This document shows positions 16,445-24,308 of a stretch of 28,425 nt of DNA, piece after piece. Position numbers and translations under genes: made by a program. Source of the stretch: an uncultured Anaerolineaceae bacterium. Lineage in GTDB: Bacteria; Chloroflexota; Anaerolineae; Anaerolineales; Villigracilaceae. The notes under the pieces are model-generated. The model had not been told where the DNA came from. It worked only from the letters and a program-made list of their open reading frames with translations, and did no database searches. Numbering within the stretch: position 1 is the stretch's first letter; each line of letters opens with the position of its first letter. The stretch is from assembly GCA_964392495.1 (NCBI GenBank), contig CAYMQX010000001.1, positions 1-28,425 of the forward strand. Reading direction: 5' to 3'.

Positions 16445-17610
16445 CAGCGTTCCTCCTGTTTGGGACCCAGCAAGCCCAGGGAGCGCAATGCGCCGGTCAG
16501 GCATCCGTCGCCGCCGGGAGGTGGGACAGGACCACCAGCGGTGAGGCCGACCTCGGCCCAACCTTTCTGGACGGCCTGCTGTTCGAGGCTGCCGCCTCCA
16601 TAGAGTTCGGCGGCTGCGACGAAGGTCAGGTTTGCGGCGTCTGCAAAGTTGGAATCGGAGACCAGTTTTTGAGTCAGAGCCCGATACCAGATGGCTCCAG
16701 CCTTCTCCCAGGCGTTGCCACCGAGCTCGATCGAGGTCACATAGAAGGCGTGATTGGGGATACCGGAGTTGATATGCACTCCACCATTGTCGTTGAGCGT
16801 GCTGACGTAATCCTTCATATGGGCAGGCTGCGGGTCTTTTCCAAGCACAGGGTCATCATAGGCGGTTCCGGGAGCTTTCATCGAACGGATCCCCACACCA
16901 TTGACTTTGGCAGTGAACAGGCCTTCACCGATAATCCAGTCGGCGTCCGCGGCGGCTTGGTGCAGGTTGTACTGTTTGACCAAGGAGCCGAAAACGTCCG
17001 AGAAGGATTCATTCAGTGCACCGGACTGCGACAGATACCGGAGATTGGCCTCGTACTGGGTAACGCCATGGGTTAATTCATGGCCAATCACGTCGATGGC
17101 AATGGTAAAACGGTTAAAGAGCCGGTCAGCGGGGGGCTGATCCTCGTCGCCGTCGCCATACACCATCTGTTTGCCGTTCCAAAAGGCGTTGTCGTAGCCC
17201 TTCTGATAATGCACTGTGGAATCCAACTTCAGCCCACTGCCATCAATGGAATCCCGGCCGTACACGGCCTTATAGATATCGTAGGTTGCACCGCTGCCAT
17301 CATAGGCTTCGTTGACCCCCGGGTCTGTCGTGGCGGGATCGCCCTCACCGCGCACCTTGGTGCCAGGCAGGGTTGAGCCGTTTTTTGCATCGTAAATGGT
17401 GCGCTGTTTTCCGGCACTCACGCTGCTGCCCATGGAGCCCATGGCAGCACGGGCCTTGCGATCCGTCATCACATTGCGATGACTGCGCAGCCGGTCAGAG
17501 GCGGCAATCGTCCTAAATGCGAAGGCTTGCTGCTGCGGGGTGCCGTTCCGTATGATCTCATCAAGCATGTGGGGGGGAATGATACAAAGGACGGGATCAA
17601 AGCCGTGCAT
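16444..17610 (-). CDS. Protealysin-like M4 metalloprotease
   Basis: Short propeptide with CIIPPHML, YDNAFWNG, HELTH (HExxH), NESFSD and GGVHINSGIPN. No signal peptide. SD AAAGGAG. Confidence 0.95.
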   Translation of the reverse strand: MHGFDPVLCIIPPHMLDEIIRNGTPQQQAFAFRTIAASDRLRSHRNVMTDRKARAAMGSMGSSVSAGKQRTIYDAKNGSTLPGTKVRGEGDPATTDPGVNEAYDGSGATYDIYKAVYGRDSIDGSGLKLDSTVHYQKGYDNAFWNGKQMVYGDGDEDQPPADRLFNRFTIAIDVIGHELTHGVTQYEANLRYLSQSGALNESFSDVFGSLVKQYNLHQAAADADWIIGEGLFTAKVNGVGIRSMKAPGTAYDDPVLGKDPQPAHMKDYVSTLNDNGGVHINSGIPNHAFYVTSIELGGNAWEKAGAIWYRALTQKLVSDSNFADAANLTFVAAAELYGGGSLEQQAVQKGWAEVGLTAGGPVPPPGGDGCLTGALRSLGLLGPKQEER

Positions 17611-17646
17611 ACTCTCTCTCCTTTTTGTAAAGCATCCGGTAGCAAC

Positions 17647-17675
17647 AGTATACGGCGGGGCGATTTTCTTTACAA
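17647..17675 (-). promoter_or_regulatory. sigma70-type promoter of the protealysin-emfourin operon
   Basis: Minus strand TTGTAA (17675-17670), 17 bp spacer, TATACT (17652-17647). Confidence 0.7.
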
Positions 17676-17677
17676 TC

Positions 17678-17699
17678 CCCGAAATCCGGAAATTTCGGG
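17678..17699. repeat. 8-bp inverted repeat, candidate operator
   Basis: cccgaaat (17678-17685), ccggaa spacer, atttcggg (17692-17699), lying between two divergent promoters. Confidence 0.5.
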
Positions 17700-17737
17700 T
17701 GTTTTTTCCGGCATGGGCGACTGTATCAAACGGTGGG

Positions 17738-17766
17738 TTGCATCCACCCCTGGAATATCCTATACT
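17738..17766 (+). promoter_or_regulatory. sigma70-type promoter of the small membrane protein gene
   Basis: TTGCAT (17738-17743), 17 bp spacer, TATACT (17761-17766). SD GGAGG at 17792-17796. Confidence 0.7.
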
Positions 17767-17800
17767 TTAGTCATAAGCTCAGGCAGTCTTTGGAGGTTTT

Positions 17801-18034
17801 ATGCAGACCATTGTGGCCTATCTATTGATTCTGATCGGTATCGGGATGGAGATTATCTCAGTGCTGGCGTGGCTGGGGGTCCTCAAGCCTGCAGGTGAGG
17901 CAAGGGCCTTGCGATCTGTCTCTTTCTGGGATGTGCTCCTGGAACTGCTAAAGCGTGCTCCCTGGCCGGCCGCGGTTGGACTGTTAATGATCTATGCAGG
18001 GCTTAAGCTCCTCGGAGTGGATCTCCCGTTCTGA
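17801..18034 (+). CDS. Small (77 aa) two-TM membrane protein of unknown function
   Basis: It has its own promoter and strong SD, two hydrophobic helices flanking an amphipathic segment, and fills the gap between oppositely oriented genes. Confidence 0.75.
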   Translation: MQTIVAYLLILIGIGMEIISVLAWLGVLKPAGEARALRSVSFWDVLLELLKRAPWPAAVGLLMIYAGLKLLGVDLPF

Positions 18035-18085
18035 ACTGTTCCTGAAAAAACAAGGGTCCGGGCAAGCCGGTTGGGGATCCAAGAT

Positions 18086-20428
18086 CTATTGTGATTGCTT
18101 TTCCTGGAAGCCGATCAACGCCTGGAGGGGTACAGCCAGGAGGGCATCTCCCTGACGTCCGGTATTCCAGGTGATTATCAGGTCGCGGCGCGCCCGGGTG
18201 ATGCCCACATACAGGAGTCGCAAGCGTTCTCTCACGTAATCGAGACGGGCGTGGAGGGTGGGGACACCTTCCTCATACCAGTCATATGCACCCATGGAGA
18301 GTGCCGAATTGAGTTGGTCCAGGGCTTCGGACTCAAGGTTCAGATTGCCGCGGATAAACCATTTTTCTGATATATAACGGTCCGCCGCCTGCAGGGAGGG
18401 GAAGTCGTAGTTATTGACGGACATCAAGTACACGCGGTCCCATTCCAAGCCCTTGGCCTTGTGCATGGTAGTAACAACCACCCGGCCGCGATGGCGATCG
18501 GGATCGAAACCGGAATCATCGGGCGAGAAGCCAATGAAGCGGCGCTCGTTGCGGGCGATAACCGTCAGTTCAGCGGTCAACTCCGGCAGCCTGTATTCAG
18601 GGTGATCCAACGCGGCGCGCCGAAGGACTGAGGCAAGCTTCTGGGCGAGGGCGAGATCTGCAACGCTGGTAAAGATATCCTGTGCCAGGGTTAATAGGAG
18701 TTGGTCGATCGGCAGGGTGACTGCATCCAGCCAGCGTCGGACATGCTCGCGGAACGTTTCAAGCTCGTGGGCCAATTCCTGTGAGGCATGGAGGCCGGCC
18801 AGCCAGTCGTTTTCCGGATTCGGCGCGATGAAGGATTCCACTGCGCTTAGTCGCCGGAGCAATGCGGTGGCGGTGGCGAGCAGCTTTTTTCGACTGGAAT
18901 TGATCTGCGCAGAGTCGGCATCTTCCCCGGGAGTATCTTCATCCTGTGGAGCCCGATCAACACCGAGTGCCTCGTGAGCAGATGTCACGGTGGCGGGGGT
19001 TTCTCCAACCTGAGGGTTGATGGTGTCTTCACGCCAATCACGCCGCCAGACCTGGTATGCCTTGGAAAGCTTTGAAGCAGACTGGGGGTCTGCAAGATAA
19101 CCAATGAGGAGGCCGAGAGCGCCCGCTGCTGCACGCGTGTTGGATGTGCTGGCAAGGAACTCAAGATAATCAATGCCGCGCTGCTTGAGGACATTGATCA
19201 GGTCTACACCGCGCAGGTTGCGCGGGACCAGCACGGCTACGGTGGATTCTGGATGATCCGGGAGCCAGCGCGCCAGGGATGCAGCTACTGCATTGACCTC
19301 CTCATCCGGGGTCATGCGCCTGGCCACCAGGTGGATGGCGCCGGGATCCGCTGGAGGGTTGGGCTGGGGATCGCCGATCGGGGCGGGATGGATGTGAGGA
19401 AGGCCGAGCGCAGATCGGACCTCGGGGACCGGATGGTCGGAAGTGACCCAATCTACGAGATGGTTGGCCAGATCGAGAATGGCAGGCTGAGAACGACCGG
19501 ATTCTGGCATGTCCACACTGGGATTTTCGCGTATGAAAACGCGCAGGAGTTCAGGCGAGGCGGTGGTGAAGGTCTCGAAAATAGCCTGGTTGGGATCTCC
19601 CACGCGCACCCAGTTGCCTCCGGGGCCAGAGAGCAGCTCAAGGATATTCTGCTGCAGGCGGCTCGAATCCTGGGCTTCATCTTCCAAAACAAAGGGGAAA
19701 CGATGACGCAATCGTAGCAGGTACTCGGGATCCAGTTCAAGTAGGTCAAGTGCAAGCCGGATCAGGTCGTCGAAATCCACGGCGGCGCGATAGGTGAGGG
19801 CGCGTTGATAATCAGAGTAGATGGACAAACCCATCTCGGCCAGGGGCAGCGGGCCGGGGGCGCGGTCTAAAAGAAGCCTGAGCTTGTCGGGGGTAAGCCG
19901 GCGATCCTTCGCCGAGCGGATGAAAGCCAGGGCTACATCAGAGATGAGCTCGGGGAGCGGCTGGCGGCGGACCCAGTCGCGGCGGGAATCCTCCAGTTGT
20001 GGATCCAGCAGGTCATCCAGAAGGTGGGCATTGGCCGCCAGCCAGGCATTGACGGCTTCACGGCGAATGAACTCGGCCTCGCGGTCGTCAATAATCCCGA
20101 ACTGGTTTTCCAATCCCACACGTGAGGGCTTTTCGCGGACGATATCATGCGCCAGTCCATGCAGGGTGCGGACCCGGTATCTGTAAAGAGCATGGAGTGG
20201 ATTATCAAAGAATTGCTTGATACGGCGCTCGAAATTATCGACCGCGGAGTTGACAAGGGTGACGATCAGAATCTCCTGCCCATCGCCAAGCTGGCCTCGC
20301 TGGATGATATCAGCGGCGAGTTTGGAGAGTATCTGGGTCTTGCCGGCGCCGGGAACAGCGGCAATGCCCAGACGGCCACTCCGGTAGCGGAGAATTTGAG
20401 ATTGGGAGGGACGGGGCTGGAAAGGCAT
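18086..20428 (-). CDS. SF1A (UvrD/PcrA/AddA-like) ATP-dependent helicase without a nuclease domain
   Basis: Motif I AVPGAGKT, Ib RTLHGLA, DFDDLI, II DEAQD, III VGDPNQAIF, V TMHKAKGLEWD and VI ERLRLLYVGITRAR. The protein ends about 35 aa after motif VI. Confidence 0.92.
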   Translation of the reverse strand: MPFQPRPSQSQILRYRSGRLGIAAVPGAGKTQILSKLAADIIQRGQLGDGQEILIVTLVNSAVDNFERRIKQFFDNPLHALYRYRVRTLHGLAHDIVREKPSRVGLENQFGIIDDREAEFIRREAVNAWLAANAHLLDDLLDPQLEDSRRDWVRRQPLPELISDVALAFIRSAKDRRLTPDKLRLLLDRAPGPLPLAEMGLSIYSDYQRALTYRAAVDFDDLIRLALDLLELDPEYLLRLRHRFPFVLEDEAQDSSRLQQNILELLSGPGGNWVRVGDPNQAIFETFTTASPELLRVFIRENPSVDMPESGRSQPAILDLANHLVDWVTSDHPVPEVRSALGLPHIHPAPIGDPQPNPPADPGAIHLVARRMTPDEEVNAVAASLARWLPDHPESTVAVLVPRNLRGVDLINVLKQRGIDYLEFLASTSNTRAAAGALGLLIGYLADPQSASKLSKAYQVWRRDWREDTINPQVGETPATVTSAHEALGVDRAPQDEDTPGEDADSAQINSSRKKLLATATALLRRLSAVESFIAPNPENDWLAGLHASQELAHELETFREHVRRWLDAVTLPIDQLLLTLAQDIFTSVADLALAQKLASVLRRAALDHPEYRLPELTAELTVIARNERRFIGFSPDDSGFDPDRHRGRVVVTTMHKAKGLEWDRVYLMSVNNYDFPSLQAADRYISEKWFIRGNLNLESEALDQLNSALSMGAYDWYEEGVPTLHARLDYVRERLRLLYVGITRARRDLIITWNTGRQGDALLAVPLQALIGFQEKQSQ

Positions 20429-20528
20429 TCTGTATCCTATTGAGTGGAGGCGCTTTCAGTTGGCGATCCGGATAGACGATGAAAAGCGTGTCGGCCTCGG
20501 CCGTCGCTTTGCCGCATGTATTTTTCGT

Positions 20529-22607
20529 CTAGCCGGGTGCGGGCGGGTTAAGCAGGCGTTGGAAGATCCTGAGCAGATCCCCACGCTGCTCGAAGCCGGC
20601 TTCCCCCAATTCCGACAGGCACAGGTAAACACGTTCGCGGCAGCGGTGGAGCAATCCGATGACGAGCCGGTGAAGCGATTCGCGCGCGGCCCAGACCTCG
20701 TCCGTGTCGCTCCAGAGGCGTCCGGCAGGCCACTCGCGGGAGAGCACATACGGATGGGTGACCGGCTGCGCAAGCCGCTCATACCACTGTGCTGAACCTA
20801 CGTCCAGCCAGAACTGTACGGCAGCGGGACGATTCATCATCAGGAAGGTGTAGGCAGGTGCGACCAACACGGCATCCTTGTCATTGGATTGCCAACCCTC
20901 CAGATGCTGTGCGGCAATGACGCCCTCCTGAAGCATCGCGTAATATTCTGTCCCGACCTGGCGGGAATCAACCAGCACAGACTCGGTTACCTGTCGGAAA
21001 CCACGTACTGAATCCACAAGGTTGGATGCGACCCGGATCGAATCCAGTCGATCATGGAAGCGGAAGCCGGTCTGGGAAAGCACCTCGCCAAAGAGCTTGC
21101 GGAGGAAATGATCCAGATATAGCGGCTCCATGTTGCGATAGGCCAGCAGCCATTCGCGCAGTGCGGCATAGCGTAGACCAACCGAGAAAGTGATCCGCTC
21201 CTGGGTTTCCGGCCGGATTCCTTCAAAAGGGGCAAGGGAAAGGTCGCGAGGTCGATAAACAATATCGGTCAGCAATTGGGCACGGACCAGATCAAGACCT
21301 TCCAGTGATTCCATCAGGGCGTAAGCGATATCGAATTTGGGAGGGTGAACATCCCAGCCTGGATGTGCAAGGGCGGCCAAGGTCAGCAGTGTATGCGTGG
21401 CCGGCTCATCCTTGAGCGAGCGGGATGGACGATGAGTTCGCCAGGGAACTCCCAGCCTTTCCAACCGGTTCACCAGGGAAAAGCGTAGCGCATCTGAAAG
21501 ATAGGGTCCCAGGATCGCAATTTCCGAGGGCGGCAGTCCCGCCTCGATCAACGCATGGACTTCGTTGGAAACGCCATCCAGGAGCTCCGGAAAGAAATGG
21601 GAGTGGATGACTGATAGCGCTTCGGTTTCCAATGGTCTGGAAGGATCCGGTGCGGGAGGTGAGATGGCCGCGGACAGGCTGGCGCTCAGGCCTTCGATCG
21701 CCGGGGACATGACAAAGGAATCTGTCAGAACGATATGCTGCCCGCACAGGTCGCGCAGCTCCCAGGCAGTGGCAGGGTCCGCGCCCAGAAAAAGCCGAAA
21801 ACCGCCTCCCTCATCAAAGACAAACAGCGCGGACTGCAGCCCTGGCAGCAGAGCGCGTACGAAATCGTGAGCGCGCGGGGCGTCCTCTTCCACATTGTCG
21901 TAAACAAGGTGGCGATAGGTGCGGGTAAGATAAGCGTTCACTATTTCCTGCGGAAAAAGAATGTCGGCAAAGATCTCCAACTGCAGGGAAAAGTCCAGTA
22001 GATTGTTCTCAAGACAGTACTGCCGAAAACGATTGACACAATCCTGAACATTGGCATAAATGTTCCGCTGCGCTGGGTCTCCGAGATAGGCTGCCTCCAG
22101 CCGGGAGGCGATCCCGGTGTGGGGAAAACCGATCAGTGCAGCCTTGTTCAGATTGTCGAGAAGCTGCTGATAGAGCCGATTGCGGTCGATTGTGATGGAC
22201 TCGAAATAACCCTGATCCAGAAGCGGACGCACGATGTGGGACATGTGGTACTGAGCCGTCTCCAAATCAAGGAAGGTGGGGGGATAGTCGGGATGGGAAA
22301 AGCCAGCCGCCTCCGCAGCGAGAGGCCAGAACAACCCGGTCATGCGCCTGGCCAGGCCGCCGATAGTGGCGGAGGTGAGTATCCCTCCGGCGTAAGGTTT
22401 TTGTTCAAAGCTGGCCAGGTAGGGCTCCTGGAGGAAGCGTTGGGGGGTCATCAGGAGAATGGAATCTACAGGGACGCCCTGCTCGATCAGGAAATGCAAA
22501 CGCTCCACGGCGGAGGCGGTCTTTCCGGTCCCGGCCGGGCCAGAAAGAAAGGCCCGGCTGTCGAGAGGAAGGTGTACGATCTGTTGTTGCGCCGGAGTCA
22601 GTTCCAT
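20529..22607 (-). CDS. Degenerate SF1 helicase-fold protein (AddB/AdnA/RecC-like scaffold), no nuclease domain
   Basis: LTPAQQQIV and Walker A GPAGTGKT are intact. Later motifs are recognisable but decayed (YDNVEED for DExQD; FDEGGGFRLFLGAD; LLHRCRERVYL). Confidence 0.75.
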   Translation of the reverse strand: MELTPAQQQIVHLPLDSRAFLSGPAGTGKTASAVERLHFLIEQGVPVDSILLMTPQRFLQEPYLASFEQKPYAGGILTSATIGGLARRMTGLFWPLAAEAAGFSHPDYPPTFLDLETAQYHMSHIVRPLLDQGYFESITIDRNRLYQQLLDNLNKAALIGFPHTGIASRLEAAYLGDPAQRNIYANVQDCVNRFRQYCLENNLLDFSLQLEIFADILFPQEIVNAYLTRTYRHLVYDNVEEDAPRAHDFVRALLPGLQSALFVFDEGGGFRLFLGADPATAWELRDLCGQHIVLTDSFVMSPAIEGLSASLSAAISPPAPDPSRPLETEALSVIHSHFFPELLDGVSNEVHALIEAGLPPSEIAILGPYLSDALRFSLVNRLERLGVPWRTHRPSRSLKDEPATHTLLTLAALAHPGWDVHPPKFDIAYALMESLEGLDLVRAQLLTDIVYRPRDLSLAPFEGIRPETQERITFSVGLRYAALREWLLAYRNMEPLYLDHFLRKLFGEVLSQTGFRFHDRLDSIRVASNLVDSVRGFRQVTESVLVDSRQVGTEYYAMLQEGVIAAQHLEGWQSNDKDAVLVAPAYTFLMMNRPAAVQFWLDVGSAQWYERLAQPVTHPYVLSREWPAGRLWSDTDEVWAARESLHRLVIGLLHRCRERVYLCLSELGEAGFEQRGDLLRIFQRLLNPPAPG

Positions 22608-22651
22608 GTTTCCATTCTGTCTGTCAAGCTGGACAGGAAACCCGTCTGCTG

Positions 22652-23323
22652 CTAGGCCAGATGCAGAGCGAGGAATTTCGTTAAACGATCCCAGGCATCC
22701 TTTGCGGCTTCGGGCTTGTATGCACCGGGATCGCTATCGCGGAAGAAGGCATGGCCCGAATCCGGATAAACAATGATCTGATGGTCAATTCCCAGCCTGG
22801 ACAGTAGATCGTCAAACTCCTGGACTGTCCCGGCCGGGATGGAGACATCCTTATCGCCGAAGAGGCCCAGGACAGCCGCGGCTTTAAAGCTCTCCATCCT
22901 GTCAAACAGCTGCTGCATCCCCCCGCCATAAAAGGTTATAACTGCATTCAATGGGCGGGTAAGCCCCAGGGTAAGAGACATGCGGCCTCCGAAGCAGAAA
23001 CCCACGGAGCCGATCCTGCCGGTGCAATCGGAAGCGATTTTTAGAGAATCAAAGATCCTTTCCAACTTGGCGGGTGCAGCCGTCGCATACTTCCCCCTCA
23101 GAAGGGCGGCTTGATCAGAATCCCCCAAGGGCGCCAGTTCTCCGTCGTACAGGTCTGGAGCCACAGACATGTAGCCTCTGCCGGCCAGGCGGTCGGCAAT
23201 GGAGCGGGTCTGATGGTCCAGTCCCCACCATTCATGGATCACAATCAGGCCTGGCCAAGGGCCGAGACCTTCCGGCTTGGCGAGGTAAGCGGAGATCGAA
23301 TCAATCTGGACCATGCTGCTCAT
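22652..23323 (-). CDS. Dienelactone hydrolase family protein
   Basis: LIVIHEWWGL, APDLY, GFCFGG (nucleophile Cys), GDKDVSI and GHAF. Start MSSMVQ at 23323 follows GGAG. Confidence 0.92.
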   Translation of the reverse strand: MSSMVQIDSISAYLAKPEGLGPWPGLIVIHEWWGLDHQTRSIADRLAGRGYMSVAPDLYDGELAPLGDSDQAALLRGKYATAAPAKLERIFDSLKIASDCTGRIGSVGFCFGGRMSLTLGLTRPLNAVITFYGGGMQQLFDRMESFKAAAVLGLFGDKDVSIPAGTVQEFDDLLSRLGIDHQIIVYPDSGHAFFRDSDPGAYKPEAAKDAWDRLTKFLALHLA

Positions 23324-23454
23324 GCTGTTCTCTCCTGGGATGATCTGGCGGAACAGTATGATTGTATTACAGAGTGAGGGTAATTCCAATTACGGGAGCC
23401 TGATGAACGGAGCAGGGTTCAGGCCTGGCCAGCCCAAGGATAATCTTCTAGTCC

Positions 23455-23586
23455 TATGGTTTTTCCAAAGTCGCTTGACAAGAATTAAGACCTGCGGCGT
23501 CATCTCAACAAATTTGGCATAAATGGCAATTTGTTGACTTCTATACGAAGTCAAGCCACAAAATTCCTGACTTTGGAAAAACCCTG
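23455..23586. mobile_element. 132-bp non-autonomous MITE-like element with 18-bp TIRs and a 10-bp target-site duplication
   Basis: The left end TATGGTTTTTCCAAAGTC (23455-23472) matches the reverse complement of the right end, CAGGGTTTTTCCAAAGTC (23569-23586), at 16/18 positions with a perfect 15-bp core. cttctagtcc is exactly duplicated on both sides (23445-23454 and 23587-23596). No transposase ORF. Confidence 0.72.
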
Positions 23587-23605
23587 CTTCTAGTCCCGTT
23601 TAAGG

Positions 23606-23634
23606 TTGACACAATCCGGAGCCGAATGTATAAT
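23606..23634 (+). promoter_or_regulatory. Consensus sigma70 promoter of the rplU-rpmA-rpmE operon
   Basis: TTGACA (23606-23611), 17 bp spacer, TATAAT (23629-23634). Confidence 0.9.
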
Positions 23635-23640
23635 ATCGAC

Positions 23641-23789
23641 CGCTTCTGCCCCGGCAGTCGGTTTGCTGGGGCGAGCGCTTGTATAACCCAGCTTCCCCGT
23701 ACGCAGGCGCAGGTGCGGCCCGTCTGAACCCAGGGCTGGCACGAGACCCGCAGGCATCACGGCGAAGTGAATGACTGGAGAATAAAAAA
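23641..23789 (+). promoter_or_regulatory. Structured ~150-nt 5' UTR of rplU, candidate ribosomal protein leader
   Basis: A long GC-rich UTR between the promoter and ATG, with a 10-bp hairpin gccccggcag/ttgctggggc near the 5' end. It occupies the position of known L21 leaders. The family match was not verified. Confidence 0.45.
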
Positions 23790-24296
23790 ATGAAATATGC
23801 GATCATTGAAAGCGGCGGGAAGCAATATCGCGCCGTCGAAGGCGGGACCTTGGATGTGGACCGCCTGTCAGTTGAACCGGGTAAGAAACTCGATCTTGAG
23901 AACATCCTGTTGATGGCAGATGGGGAGGATGTGAAAGTCGGGACTCCGGTTGTGAACGGGATCCTGGTCAGGGCGGTAGTGCTTGCCCATGTCAAAGGTC
24001 CCAAGGTCGTCACCTTCAAGTATCGCCCCAAGAAACGCATCCGTGTTAAGAGCGGGCACCGCCACCAATATACCCGCCTGATGGTCGAATTCATTGGAAG
24101 TCCGGACGAGGAAGGCAAGCCCGCCCGGATGGCGAAACCGGCGGAGGTTGAGGAAGCAGCGGTTGAAACCGCTCCCAAGACCAAGGTCGAGAAAAGCGTC
24201 AAGGCTCCCAAAGCGACTGCCAAGCCTGCGGCCAAAAAGACCACCAAGCCGGCGTCGCCCGCCAAAAAAACGACGACCAAAAAGACCACGAAGTAA
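23790..24296 (+). CDS. rplU: 50S ribosomal protein bL21 with ~65-aa Lys/Ala/Thr/Pro-rich C-terminal tail
   Basis: MKYAIIESGGKQYRAVEG...KVVTFKYRPKKRIRVKSGHRHQYT, followed by a low-complexity tail. Confidence 0.97.
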   Translation: MKYAIIESGGKQYRAVEGGTLDVDRLSVEPGKKLDLENILLMADGEDVKVGTPVVNGILVRAVVLAHVKGPKVVTFKYRPKKRIRVKSGHRHQYTRLMVEFIGSPDEEGKPARMAKPAEVEEAAVETAPKTKVEKSVKAPKATAKPAAKKTTKPASPAKKTTTKKTTK

Positions 24297-24308
24297 TTTG
24301 AGGTAAAA

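Noticed and set aside
17479-17898. 139-aa plus-strand ORF spanning the protealysin promoter region
   Set aside because: It overlaps the protease start, both promoters and the better-supported 77-aa ORF in another frame, and has no SD or motif.
23411-23419. agcagggtt as an outer inverted repeat of 23580-23588
   Set aside because: It is only 9 bp, lies outside the TSD-defined boundaries, and is compatible with chance.
23475-23554. TTGACA/TTGACT hexamers inside the MITE as promoters
   Set aside because: There is no acceptable -10 at 16-18 bp on either strand, and they are part of the internal palindromes.
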